Source of the DNA: a virus
Lineage: Duplodnaviria > Heunggongvirae > Uroviricota > Caudoviricetes
Virus record (IMG/VR): IMGVR_UViG_3300024273_002067
Length of the DNA: 64,000 bases
Strand: one strand, 5' to 3'
The notes beneath the pieces were generated by a model. That model searched no databases, was not told the origin of the DNA, and saw only the letters and a list, made by a program, of their open reading frames with translations. Of the stretch, positions 47,369-57,806 are shown in pieces. How positions within the stretch are numbered: the stretch's first letter is position 1; every line of letters begins with the position of its first letter. Made by a program: the position numbers and the translations under genes.

Positions 47369-47851
47369 CTAGAATGGCAAGTCATCATCCGTACCACCTA
47401 CAGCAGCTTGTGGTGCGGCAACTTGTGGCGTAACGGCTGGTGCAGCAGCTTGTGGTGCAGCAGCTTGTGGCGCAGCAGCTTGTGGTGCAGCAGCTTGTGG
47501 TGCAGCAGCTTGTGCGTTCTCATTTCTTCTTCCGTCTGTTAGGATTCTGAAATCTCTAGCATTTATATCTGTATATCTAATTTTACTACCATCTCTTTCA
47601 ACGGTTCTATACTTTAATTCTCCTTCAACAAAAACTAAACTACCTTTTTGCAAGATTCTCTGAGCATTTTCTGCTAACTTTCCAAACATTGTGATATTAT
47701 GCCAAGAAGTCTCTTCTTGCTTTACACCACTTTTGTCAGTCCAGTTTTTGTTTGTGCCTACTGAGATTCTAGCCAATGTAGTTCCATTGTCTAACGTTTT
47801 TACATCTGGGTCCGCCCCCAGTCTTCCTAATACTTCTACTTTGTTTACCAT
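47369..47851 (-). CDS. ssb: Single-stranded DNA-binding protein (bacterial SSB type)
   Basis: OB fold, AAPQA x6 linker, acidic DDDLPF tail. Confidence 0.9.
   Translation of the reverse strand: MVNKVEVLGRLGADPDVKTLDNGTTLARISVGTNKNWTDKSGVKQEETSWHNITMFGKLAENAQRILQKGSLVFVEGELKYRTVERDGSKIRYTDINARDFRILTDGRRNENAQAAAPQAAAPQAAAPQAAAPQAAAPAVTPQVAAPQAAVGGTDDDLPF
47400..47520. repeat. 15-nt tandem repeat (GCAGCTTGTGGTGCA x ~7) encoding the SSB linker
   Basis: Read directly. Confidence 0.8.
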
Positions 47852-47910
47852 AATTATTATTTATTTTATATTAATTCAAAATTAGTCATTTAAGTTTACA
47901 TATTCAAACT

Positions 47911-49929
47911 TTACTTAAATATTTTTTTAATAATGTTTTTTACTAAGCCTTTTTCCTCAGCATTATCTATACTAACATTACTTACATTTTCTTTTCTAAT
48001 AATAAAAAGCTCTTGCTCAGACATCTGACCTGGCATCAATCTTTGTCTAGAAGAATCAGGATTCATGTCGCTAGAAAAAGAAGTTTTAGTTTGTATTTTA
48101 TTGTTACTACAAAAAACAAAAATACTATCTATCAACTCTTTAGTAGCCCTACTATTATAGTATCCTTTCAATTGTTCTAGCTCTATTGTCTTGCCATTTC
48201 TCAAAAATCCAGCAGTAGCTCTTTCGCCAGTAATCATATGAGTTACATTTATAGCTAAATATTTTTTATCACAAATTCTATTTAAATATGTATATATGCA
48301 ATGATGCATTTGTAACCCTTCTAAGTTCAATCTTTCGGCTGTGTCAACTATTTCAAATTTCACATCTCCAACTTGAGTATTTAAATGCTTAAAATCAGAA
48401 GTTGCTTTTTTGTAAAATTCAGATTTTTTAGCATCTTTCATAACGTTATACCTGGAAGTGTAGTCGTCATGCAAGTCTTTCAATTGCTTAAAGTTTTTGC
48501 ACTTAAAAATCACTTTTTGCTTTACTTCCAATAAATCAACTACCCTTAAAGAATCTCTATATATTGTGACATAATCACTACCTGATTTATCCATTTTACA
48601 ATCTAGAATATGTCTTATGTTTTTAAAAGTCAAACATGTATCATCTGTTATATTTCTAGACTTTACCACTTTAGACAAAACTTCATAAACCCTTTTTTGT
48701 TCAAAATTTTGCAACAAAAATTCTAACTGATTCTTTGAAGTTATTTCAAGTAAATAAGATTTATTCAAAGTTTCTAAATGAGAAATTATTTTTATTGAAT
48801 TATATATAGTGGAGCTTACTTTCAAAAATTCTGAATCAAACACTTTTTTTAACGAAACCAACTCATCTTTCATGCCACTACGTGATGAGGTACCTGCTTT
48901 AGAAAATAGCATGGAAACCTCCATTATTGATTGTGGATTAGTTGCTTTTTTTTCTTTGTAAATATCTGGTTTACATATGAAAGTACTTTCTGTCCACGCT
49001 TTAAAGAAATTGTATCCTTTTGTGTGAATTATACAGGATGCACTTTCAAAGGACAAAATGGACAACATAAGTTTATAACTATTCATAGAGTTGAAAAGAT
49101 AATCGCCTAGATTTAGTTTCTTTTTAACAATTTCACTATCTCCAAATCCACTATCTAAATTCTGATAATATTCTACATTTCCAAACTCATCTTTTTCTAT
49201 TTGAATTTGACTTTTAGATTTTATGAAATCAATAAAATAAACAGAATTAAATTTATCCAAATCTTTAATTTGTTTCTTTATTAATTCTAAAGATTTTAAC
49301 ACATTTTCAAAGCCTGTATATTTAATAGAATCAGAGTAGAAAAAAAACTCTTCTAAATAAGCAACATTTGTGATGTCTAAACCAAAACTTTCAGAGTCCT
49401 TACCTTTAATTGAAGAGTCAATAACTTCACTTTTTTTTGCACTCAATTCCCTAATAGAATTTTCACCTTTAACAAAAGGTTTAGACAAATTTATTTTAGA
49501 AGTCTTATTAAGCATATCAATTTCTAGAAAATCTAAAGATTCAGAAAATTTTAATTCACGATTTCCAGAAATGTATTCAACCACATTTTTCATCCTGCTA
49601 AGTACAAGTTTTTCTTCTTCAACTTTTACACTATAAGCTACTCCATACAACTCTGTTAAATTAGGCTCTAACAAATATAACTTTTCTAAGTTATCGTAAA
49701 CAGTATTGCATGAAGTGCAAGTTATTGACTTTAAACTTTCTGAGTCTTCAGTTAATTCATCATAATTTTTTATGACATTTCTAACGAGTTTACCATTAAA
49801 CTTTTGAATACTGCCGCATTTACAATACAGTATTTGGCCTTTTGTGGAAATGTTTGATTCTTCAGACGCAACTGAAACAACCATACTAGAAGACAAATCA
49901 ATAATAAATGAAGGCTTTTTTATGGACAT
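47911..49929 (-). CDS. Large hypothetical protein, possible PcfJ-like C-terminal region
   Basis: LNLEGLQMHHCIYTYL resembles the PcfJ EG..M.HC motif; weak. Confidence 0.3.
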   Translation of the reverse strand: MSIKKPSFIIDLSSSMVVSVASEESNISTKGQILYCKCGSIQKFNGKLVRNVIKNYDELTEDSESLKSITCTSCNTVYDNLEKLYLLEPNLTELYGVAYSVKVEEEKLVLSRMKNVVEYISGNRELKFSESLDFLEIDMLNKTSKINLSKPFVKGENSIRELSAKKSEVIDSSIKGKDSESFGLDITNVAYLEEFFFYSDSIKYTGFENVLKSLELIKKQIKDLDKFNSVYFIDFIKSKSQIQIEKDEFGNVEYYQNLDSGFGDSEIVKKKLNLGDYLFNSMNSYKLMLSILSFESASCIIHTKGYNFFKAWTESTFICKPDIYKEKKATNPQSIMEVSMLFSKAGTSSRSGMKDELVSLKKVFDSEFLKVSSTIYNSIKIISHLETLNKSYLLEITSKNQLEFLLQNFEQKRVYEVLSKVVKSRNITDDTCLTFKNIRHILDCKMDKSGSDYVTIYRDSLRVVDLLEVKQKVIFKCKNFKQLKDLHDDYTSRYNVMKDAKKSEFYKKATSDFKHLNTQVGDVKFEIVDTAERLNLEGLQMHHCIYTYLNRICDKKYLAINVTHMITGERATAGFLRNGKTIELEQLKGYYNSRATKELIDSIFVFCSNNKIQTKTSFSSDMNPDSSRQRLMPGQMSEQELFIIRKENVSNVSIDNAEEKGLVKNIIKKIFK

Positions 49930-50063
49930 AATTATTTAATATTTATTTTTTTAAAAATCAATGTATTTTAGTTATCTGTGAAATTAATAAGTTTAATGTT
50001 ATAAACAAAAAAATATATGTTTTTTTTTAATATTTATAGCAAAGTACTTTAATAAAAAAAATT

Positions 50064-52889
50064 ATGCATAATAATAAAAAGCTTTATGAAGAAGTTTCAA
50101 GAATGATTGAACTATTAGGAGGAGAGCAAAAAGATTCAAAAACACTTAAAGAGTCTTTTGACAATAAAGTGATATCTAAAAGAAATTTAACAGAATCTAT
50201 AGATGACATAGACTTCACTAACTTATTTGATGATGACTTAAACGATGAGGAATTAGACAAAAAAATAGATAGCAAATTTTCGTCACTTTCAGCCAATGAT
50301 GACATTTCTTTACTGGGCAAGTTAGCTCTGGTTACGGGTTCAATTAACAAATTACAAGCTGCGATGTTTGATTTGCAAAAAAAGGATTTGTTGACTCTAA
50401 AAGACTTAAGTTCTGAAAGAATTAATAGAGATGACGATAAAGGTGCTGTAGTTCATAAAGGAAGAAAAATTTTATACCCTGGGCAATCTGTTGCAGATTT
50501 TAGAGACATGATGAACAAGGGAAGGCTTATGTTAAAGGTTGGAAATGAATCAGAAAATCTAGACGGAGACAATGTAGGCAAGGTATTTAAGTGGCTAGGA
50601 GGAACTCAAGGAACAAAAACTTTACATAATATTGGATTTGGAAGCGATGGTAAATTGAGTAAAAAAGGAAATGCTGAACTAAACTTTCTAGCAAGAATTC
50701 TTTCTAATCAGCCAAAAGATGATTCAGAACAGAAAATAATAGAAACATTTGGAGATGCTGCAAAAAATAATGCACTAAAAATATTACTTGACCTATATAA
50801 AGTTGCAGGTACAAACATTCTACTTCCACTCCTAAACATGGAGCCAACACCAGAAAATTTAGATTCTATTTCAGATGGAGTTACTAAGGCGTTGAATAAC
50901 TTAGCTGGCATTAGTGGAGATAAGCTAGAGGCTAAAGAAACTAGCTGGGACTCTTCGAGAAATGTTGGGTCTTGGATTTTACAAGTTGCAAAGAATTATG
51001 CTAAAAATGCAATTAAAAAAAATACTGAATACTTACCAAATATAAATTCTGCTAATCAATTTTTAGAAGATATGCTAAGTAGGGAGGGAGTCATTTCTTT
51101 TTTATCAAGAAAAGAACCTTCACATGACAACTATGCTGACTCAGTAGAAAAAGTGGGTGAGAAATATTTATACAAATATTCAAAAATTGATGATGCTATT
51201 GATGACTTAAGAAATTCAACTAAAGTTAAAAATCATCATTTAATGCCATATAATTTAGAAATATCTAAATACAAAGATTTATTTTCACTAGAAAGAAAGG
51301 CGCCTATATCAATGAGTCCTGAAATGGAAAAAGAAATAGGACAAAAAGTTGCTGATGAAGAAAGTTTACTAAACTTAGATAGTGGTGATGAAATGAAAAT
51401 AAGAAACATATTGTCTAAAGTTGTTGATTTTATGACTTTAGATTCTAAAAAATATGGAATCAAACAAGCTACTCACGACCCTAGTTATTTATCTATTTCT
51501 GACAAAAAGGAAATACAATCAGGTAGAGATGAGTCTTTAATTAGAAAGAGAAAAGAGCTAGCAAAAGAAAATGCTATAAACTTCATGTATAACTTTTTAT
51601 TGTCTGCAGTTGGTAACACTAAGTATGGTACAGATATAGGCATTTCTGGTAAGGTGAGTCCAGAAATTATGTCTGACTGGATAGAGTCTCAAAGAAAGAC
51701 AATGTTGACCAAGCTTATAAAAATAGAAAAAGCAAACAATCCCGATATAGATAGTGAGAAAATAAAGGAAAGAGCTGAAAAGCTAGGACTTTTAACTAAA
51801 GGAGGTAAATTTGCTCAATCATTTAAAGGTGGTTTAAAGGATTACTTTTCTAACAACAAAGAAGAATTGTCTAAAATAATGAAACTAGTTTCTTCAACAT
51901 CTCCTGAAGGATACGAGGTAGAGTCTGATATCGAAACTATATTCGAACAGAAAGTTAGGGCTAGAATTCAAGAAATAATTAGAGAGTCATTTGTCATAAA
52001 AGAAGAAGAGTACGAAGACAATAATTTAGAAGAAGATGAGTTAGATAAATTGATAAATGCATTTGGAGACAGGTTTTCTAAAGCAACATCTTACAATAGA
52101 GCTGGGAATGGTGGATTAGACAAAGAAATTAAAAGCATTGTAGATGGAAATCTATCAAAGTGGCACTTTGAAAATAGTGAACAAGGTCAACATAACTACA
52201 TCAGCTCAGTACTAGCTTCTATGTATAACACATTAAGCAGTTCACAACAAAGAAATGTCTTAAAACACATTTTTCTTTCTTTCTTCCCAAGAGGTGAGGA
52301 AAGTAGAATAGTTACACAACTAATAAACAAACAAGTACCAGGCTCTTTAATGAGCAATAGACCAGAAATGTGGGATGTTATTATATCTTCTGAAAATGAT
52401 GGAACTCTATTGTTACAAAAAGCCTTAGAAACATATGAGCCTAAAGGCTCATTATTTAAGTACTTATTGAGAAGAATTCTTAACGAAGCTAGAAATAAGT
52501 CCAGAAAAGAAGATGCCTCATTACATAAAGGTGAAAGGACTTATCACAGTACTTCTGTAGATTCTATTGACGCACCATTAGGAAGCGATGAAGACGGGAG
52601 TAGAGCATATGAACTAGAGGCAGAAGATTCTTCTGATGATAAAATAGGTGAATTAAGAGACAGAATTTCAAACTATCTATATAAAGCAGAAGATGCTGGA
52701 TTACTTTCTGGTAGTGAGTTAAATTTATTGAAATCAATCAGTCAATTTGGTTCCGAAGTAATGGATAACGATAAAATTAACTATGAACTATTGGGAACAA
52801 GAATAGGAAAAAGCGCTTCTAATGTTGGAACTATGATGTCCAACATAGTAAAGAAGATGAAGCAAGGTAGAGAAAAGGGAATTGTATAA
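50064..52889 (+). CDS. 941-aa protein with N-terminal LYEEVSRMIELLGG motif and C-terminal sigma-region-4-like HTH
   Basis: N-terminal motif shared with 36236 and 45573; C-terminal YELLGTRIGKSASNVGTMMSNIVKKMK. Confidence 0.45.
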   Translation: MHNNKKLYEEVSRMIELLGGEQKDSKTLKESFDNKVISKRNLTESIDDIDFTNLFDDDLNDEELDKKIDSKFSSLSANDDISLLGKLALVTGSINKLQAAMFDLQKKDLLTLKDLSSERINRDDDKGAVVHKGRKILYPGQSVADFRDMMNKGRLMLKVGNESENLDGDNVGKVFKWLGGTQGTKTLHNIGFGSDGKLSKKGNAELNFLARILSNQPKDDSEQKIIETFGDAAKNNALKILLDLYKVAGTNILLPLLNMEPTPENLDSISDGVTKALNNLAGISGDKLEAKETSWDSSRNVGSWILQVAKNYAKNAIKKNTEYLPNINSANQFLEDMLSREGVISFLSRKEPSHDNYADSVEKVGEKYLYKYSKIDDAIDDLRNSTKVKNHHLMPYNLEISKYKDLFSLERKAPISMSPEMEKEIGQKVADEESLLNLDSGDEMKIRNILSKVVDFMTLDSKKYGIKQATHDPSYLSISDKKEIQSGRDESLIRKRKELAKENAINFMYNFLLSAVGNTKYGTDIGISGKVSPEIMSDWIESQRKTMLTKLIKIEKANNPDIDSEKIKERAEKLGLLTKGGKFAQSFKGGLKDYFSNNKEELSKIMKLVSSTSPEGYEVESDIETIFEQKVRARIQEIIRESFVIKEEEYEDNNLEEDELDKLINAFGDRFSKATSYNRAGNGGLDKEIKSIVDGNLSKWHFENSEQGQHNYISSVLASMYNTLSSSQQRNVLKHIFLSFFPRGEESRIVTQLINKQVPGSLMSNRPEMWDVIISSENDGTLLLQKALETYEPKGSLFKYLLRRILNEARNKSRKEDASLHKGERTYHSTSVDSIDAPLGSDEDGSRAYELEAEDSSDDKIGELRDRISNYLYKAEDAGLLSGSELNLLKSISQFGSEVMDNDKINYELLGTRIGKSASNVGTMMSNIVKKMKQGREKGIV

Positions 52890-52894
52890 TTACT

Positions 52895-53770
52895 TTATTC
52901 AAAACCTATATTTCCAGAAGCATTATTAGAGTATGTAGATGATATAATATTGTCCCTCATCTCTTTTAACTCTTCTAGCTTTTCCAAATAATTGTAACCG
53001 TATAATTCTACTGATTCTATCAAATTTTTAATGTGGCCAATAGATAAGCCATTAGTTTCTTTTGATATTTTACCAACTTTACTTTTGCTAATTTTTATAT
53101 CTAATTTTTCACAAAAAGACTTTATATACTGCCCCCTCTCTAGTTCGTCTGGGTATTCTATGAAATACTTTTCCTCAAACATTCCTGGCTTATCTGTTAA
53201 AAATTCAGCTATCTTTGCCTCATAATTGGTTGTTGCAATAAAATATATCCCATCTTTATTATCATTAGACTTAAGAATGTTTTTTACAGCTGATATTCCG
53301 TACTTTTCTAAAGACACTCCAAACTCTTCCATGATAATTAACATATCAGCATCATTGTTGCTTTCCTTTATGAAAGATATAAAGCTACTTAAATCAGTTG
53401 GGTCTTCTACATAAACAACAATACCATCATATGATTCGGCCATTCTTCTACATAAATACTTTTTGCCACAACCTGGTTGACCGTGTATTAATATGGCCCT
53501 ATTATACTCAACTCCAGAAGACTTATATTTACTTTTTAAATTGATAAAACTATTAAAATCATCTTTAATATCTTGATAATAAGCATTTAATATTTCAACG
53601 GGATTATCATTTTTAAAGTGTAACTTTGACAAATGTGCCCCATGCTCTAATGAATAGTTTAGACTATATATACCCTTTGGTATTTCGCTATATACTGGTT
53701 TGGCTGGGTGGTAGTTTTCTCCATCTTCTGAAGTCCACACTCTTTTAGTTTTATTTTCTGACATAAACAT
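52895..53770 (-). CDS. AAA+ ATPase
   Basis: Walker A GQPGCGKK, Walker B LIIMEEF, sensor-1 ATTN. Confidence 0.7.
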   Translation of the reverse strand: MFMSENKTKRVWTSEDGENYHPAKPVYSEIPKGIYSLNYSLEHGAHLSKLHFKNDNPVEILNAYYQDIKDDFNSFINLKSKYKSSGVEYNRAILIHGQPGCGKKYLCRRMAESYDGIVVYVEDPTDLSSFISFIKESNNDADMLIIMEEFGVSLEKYGISAVKNILKSNDNKDGIYFIATTNYEAKIAEFLTDKPGMFEEKYFIEYPDELERGQYIKSFCEKLDIKISKSKVGKISKETNGLSIGHIKNLIESVELYGYNYLEKLEELKEMRDNIISSTYSNNASGNIGFE

Positions 53771-53854
53771 TTAATATAATTCAATATAAGAAAAATATAG
53801 ATAAAGTCAACATAGATTATAAAAAATGTTTTATATTTATTAATAAATCTAATT

Positions 53855-54676
53855 ATGAAAGAAAGTAAATCACATAACTTATTTTTAAAAAACTTTTTAA
53901 CAGAGAGTTATAAATCTGTAGATGAAAAAGTTAATGAAATTAAAGAGAAGATAAAAGAGTTAGAATCAGAAGAGGAAGTTGCAATAAAAAATTGGGGTGG
54001 AACTGATGGAGACGAAGATGTAGAATTTAGTCCTGAAGAGTTTTTTGGAGCAGCAGGAGATGCTGCTGAAGAAGATATAAAGTCAGACCCAACAATGGGA
54101 GGAAGTGATGAGTTTGCATCCTTTGGAAGTATGGAAGACCCCAGAATGCTAAAGAGCTTAACTGAGGAAGAGTTTAGGCTTATGATTAGAAAGACAATAA
54201 GCGAGTCAGGATACCCTGCTTTGGATGGTGGTGAAAATGCAGACGGTGGAGAAGCTGAAAATGATAATAATGATGATGCTACAGTAGCAGAATCTGAAGA
54301 TAACTTAGAAGAAGAAAGAATAGCTAACACAGAAGCAAGTAAAGATGTTAATGAGTTGAGAAATTTCATAGGTAGTCACATATACGGAGAAGACTTAGGT
54401 GATTTGGGTAAAATGTATGTTGCTTACTCGTATGGAGAGCAATTCCCAGCTTATTTGCACTATAAAGACAAATGGTACCACAATACTGATTATTATATGT
54501 TAGAAGACGGTAAAATTAATAAACCTACAGAAAAGCACAAAAAAGACATGAAGCCTTCAAAAGAAACTCATGGAATGTCTACAATAGGTCTACAGTCTTT
54601 AATTAGAGCATTTAAGAAAAAGAATCAAATTGGTGAAAATAACCATACAGATGTTGAGCCTGGTGAAAAGAATTAA
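53855..54676 (+). CDS. highly acidic protein
   Basis: D/E/G-rich ORF. Confidence 0.4.
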   Translation: MKESKSHNLFLKNFLTESYKSVDEKVNEIKEKIKELESEEEVAIKNWGGTDGDEDVEFSPEEFFGAAGDAAEEDIKSDPTMGGSDEFASFGSMEDPRMLKSLTEEEFRLMIRKTISESGYPALDGGENADGGEAENDNNDDATVAESEDNLEEERIANTEASKDVNELRNFIGSHIYGEDLGDLGKMYVAYSYGEQFPAYLHYKDKWYHNTDYYMLEDGKINKPTEKHKKDMKPSKETHGMSTIGLQSLIRAFKKKNQIGENNHTDVEPGEKN

Positions 54677-54683
54677 TTAATTT

Positions 54684-55196
54684 CTAATTATCCTGACCTG
54701 AAGTTTCTTCAATTATTTCACCTATAATATCCATCCAAAGTATTGTAGCCCAATCCTCAGCACTTTTTTCCCAAGGTCTATCATCGTATGGTATATATTC
54801 TGTTATACGTTCTCCTAGCCAATATTTTGGGTTTTGACACAAATCTCCATTTGCCATATCTATTACGTGACCCATCTCATTAAGTAATGTCCAGACTCTA
54901 GACACTTTTTCTGTAAGACTTTCATTTATAGATATTTGATAAACATTTTCTGAATACTGATATGTAATACCTTTTATTAGATACTCTAATGGTTCATTAC
55001 CATTTAACAATACAAAAACATTTGTATCGCATATATACTTTTTTAGAACCCTATCTGCCACCTCTACCTCAAATGAAGGTGTAGAAAAGTGAGGTATTAA
55101 TTTTTGAGAGTTAATATAATTACTAAATAATAAAAATATTATAATAAAAAAATTAATATTTTTATTATTTAAACTTTGTATATATTTAGATTTCAT
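54684..55196 (-). CDS. secreted hypothetical protein
   Basis: Signal peptide. Confidence 0.4.
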   Translation of the reverse strand: MKSKYIQSLNNKNINFFIIIFLLFSNYINSQKLIPHFSTPSFEVEVADRVLKKYICDTNVFVLLNGNEPLEYLIKGITYQYSENVYQISINESLTEKVSRVWTLLNEMGHVIDMANGDLCQNPKYWLGERITEYIPYDDRPWEKSAEDWATILWMDIIGEIIEETSGQDN

Positions 55197-55203
55197 TTGT
55201 TAA

Positions 55204-56178
55204 TTATTCTATAATAATTTTTTTACTATAAAGTATATTTTTTGAAGTAGCCACAACCAAGTAGGTGCCTGCAGATAAGTGGTCAGTTTTATCAATGGCA
55301 ATCAAATGCTCTCTACAATCTATAACTTCTATTTTAGAGTAAACTTCATTTCCTCTTACATCTCTAAGAACAACTAAAATTTCTTGTCTACCTATACAAT
55401 TAACATCCTTAAATAGAATATTAATACAATCACCTCTCTTTAATGGAGTTGGGTATATGTCCATTACACCATCTCCATTGGGAGCATGTTCAACAGGAAT
55501 AATATTAAACGTCTCTTGCTCACCATTAAAATCTACCTGCGTAAGCCTATAGTAAGACAATCCTCTTAGTGGGTTACTGTCAATTTCAAAGTAGTTAATT
55601 ATATTGACACTGTTGCCTGCTCCTTTTGTTTCAATTGTAATTTTCCAATCTATTGCATCTTGACTTTTCTCTACAATGAAGTAATCGTTATTAATCTCAG
55701 AAGCAGTTGACCATGATATCTCAACAATGTTTTCATTTACAACAGCATTAAATTCTATTAATTTAATGGGTAAAAATCCGCCATTACTTACAGTGGCTGG
55801 GCCTGTTAGAGGTGGGTCGTTCCCGCTCCACCAAGTATTAGAGCCAATATTTAATCTAGAACCTGAGTTGCCCCCAGTTAGTGTCCCTCCAGCATATACC
55901 TGAACTACACCATCACTATCTAAATTTATTTTTCTTCCATTACTAAATAACATCGTTCCATAAACCTCAATCCTCATGTTAACATAGGTAGGACTATTTA
56001 AATCAATTACAACAGACATTGAAGCGGGTATTCGCATTGTATCTCCTGTATTTGCAGGTACATAACCACAATCCCACGAAGCAGCACTACTCCAGTCACC
56101 ACCATCGTCAATTAAAGTACATATAGCAGAACTAGTAAGTGTAAGTGATAATAAAAATAGTAATAGTAAGTTTTTCAT
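55204..56178 (-). CDS. Secreted protein with a T9SS C-terminal sorting domain (start re-called to MKNLLLL)
   Basis: Signal peptide; C-terminal LSYYRLTQVDFNGEQETF motif. Confidence 0.55.
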   Translation of the reverse strand: MKNLLLLFLLSLTLTSSAICTLIDDGGDWSSAASWDCGYVPANTGDTMRIPASMSVVIDLNSPTYVNMRIEVYGTMLFSNGRKINLDSDGVVQVYAGGTLTGGNSGSRLNIGSNTWWSGNDPPLTGPATVSNGGFLPIKLIEFNAVVNENIVEISWSTASEINNDYFIVEKSQDAIDWKITIETKGAGNSVNIINYFEIDSNPLRGLSYYRLTQVDFNGEQETFNIIPVEHAPNGDGVMDIYPTPLKRGDCINILFKDVNCIGRQEILVVLRDVRGNEVYSKIEVIDCREHLIAIDKTDHLSAGTYLVVATSKNILYSKKIIIE

Positions 56179-56236
56179 ATGTTTATGTTTTGTTATAAAT
56201 GTAAATATTTCCAAACTTCATAAGTAATTATACTAA

Positions 56237-56422
56237 TTAATCTTCATCATTTAGATTTTGTATATATTTAGCCTTATCAATTTCCGACCTTCTTTTTACT
56301 GATTTTTTTACAAACTCTTTTCTCTCTCTAATATCATTAAGCATCTTAGTTTTGAAAACTTTATTTTTTAAATTTTTCAAAGCCTGATTTATATTTCCTT
56401 TAGCGACTTTTATTTTAAGCAT
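56237..56422 (-). CDS. rpsU: Ribosomal protein bS21
   Basis: MLKIKV...ALKN.K.K....ML.DIRERKEFVKKSVKRR aligns with bacterial S21, closest to the Bacteroidetes type. Confidence 0.8.
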   Translation of the reverse strand: MLKIKVAKGNINQALKNLKNKVFKTKMLNDIRERKEFVKKSVKRRSEIDKAKYIQNLNDED

Positions 56423-56435
56423 GTGTTATAAATTT

Positions 56436-57395
56436 TTATTTCTTAGACGTTGACCACCAATCTTTACTTTTATTATCAACAACAACTTTCGCCATCTCAT
56501 CAACACCTTTCTCATCAACTTTTAACATATCTACAGTTAAGTATTTAGACATTATCGAGCAAGCTTCAGAGTAGTTAGTTTTTGCCTTTCTTACATTTTC
56601 AGAAAGTTCTGTTATGTCTAAAAAGTTACATAGAGTTAAAAACATCTTTATATTATCATCTGTATAACTTGAATCTATACCACTTCTAAATTCAGCATAA
56701 GTAGGAAGTGCTTCACCTAAAACTACAGTACCGTCTTTGTATAAAGATTTTAATAAAGACTCAAATATGGCCTTATCTTCTTCAAGTTTTTTTTTCTTTT
56801 CATCAACAATTACTTGATAATCTTCTTTGTTAGATATATTTTTATCAACACTTTCTTGACCAGAATCCTCATCAGGCCCTTCGACAGAGTCGTTATCACT
56901 ATTAACCAATTCACCATCAGTGCCTTCTTCTACTTCTTTTTGATATTTCACAAAGAAATGTAATGAAGTTAAAGATATTACTGGTAACAAGCCGCCCTCT
57001 AAAAATGCTAAATACCTTTTCATACTAGGTATGTCCGTAATGTCCGAGCCGAGCATTTCCCATATTGGACCAGTTAATTCAATCCAAGAAACGAATAGCT
57101 CACCATTTGGGTCTATCTCTTTATATGAGTAAAATATATTACCTAACATTTGAATGAATGTTACAATTCCAAACATAAACCATACACCACCCTTAACTCT
57201 ATTTGTAGCAGCAACTAAAGCAGTTATTGCGGCAATTTCTATTGCAATAGATAAATATACAGCCCAACTAAATGGATTGGCCATGTCATACCAAGTAACA
57301 ACGTGAGAAATGGATATTCCTGCCACCAATAAAATTGGAACAAGAAACATAGCTCTATTCGGATTTTCTTTTACCCACTTAAATAAACTTATCAT
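56436..57395 (-). CDS. membrane protein with an acidic cytoplasmic domain
   Basis: 4-5 TM segments followed by a D/E-rich segment. Confidence 0.4.
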   Translation of the reverse strand: MISLFKWVKENPNRAMFLVPILLVAGISISHVVTWYDMANPFSWAVYLSIAIEIAAITALVAATNRVKGGVWFMFGIVTFIQMLGNIFYSYKEIDPNGELFVSWIELTGPIWEMLGSDITDIPSMKRYLAFLEGGLLPVISLTSLHFFVKYQKEVEEGTDGELVNSDNDSVEGPDEDSGQESVDKNISNKEDYQVIVDEKKKKLEEDKAIFESLLKSLYKDGTVVLGEALPTYAEFRSGIDSSYTDDNIKMFLTLCNFLDITELSENVRKAKTNYSEACSIMSKYLTVDMLKVDEKGVDEMAKVVVDNKSKDWWSTSKK

Positions 57396-57721
57396 TTTTG
57401 CAAGTCTTTAATGTTGTTTTTTACTAATGAATGTAATTCCATCAATTGAGAACCTCTGTCCTTAGATGAAATCCAGTTATCGTATTCAAGATGAATGTTT
57501 ATTTTTTCAACCCTTATAACTTCTGGTATACTATCTATTTTTTGACTTAAACTATTTATTTTTTGACTTAAACTATCTACTACAAAAGTTTGTTGTTCAC
57601 TTATCTTTTGTTGCTTATTAATATCTCCAGACTTTGAACAAGATTTGAAGAAGAAAAACACAAGGGCTACAGATAAAATGTAAATTTTATACTTTTTTAA
57701 AAAATCTTTTACTTTTTTCAT
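57392..57721 (-). CDS. membrane-anchored small protein
   Basis: N-terminal TM segment; short tandem repeat SLSQKI(N/D)S. Confidence 0.4.
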   Translation of the reverse strand: MKKVKDFLKKYKIYILSVALVFFFFKSCSKSGDINKQQKISEQQTFVVDSLSQKINSLSQKIDSIPEVIRVEKINIHLEYDNWISSKDRGSQLMELHSLVKNNIKDLQK

Positions 57722-57806
57722 AATTGTTATTATTATTGTTATTGTTACTTATAAATATTCATAAAAACAAATATATGTTATATAATAAAAAAATCAACAA
57801 TTAAAG

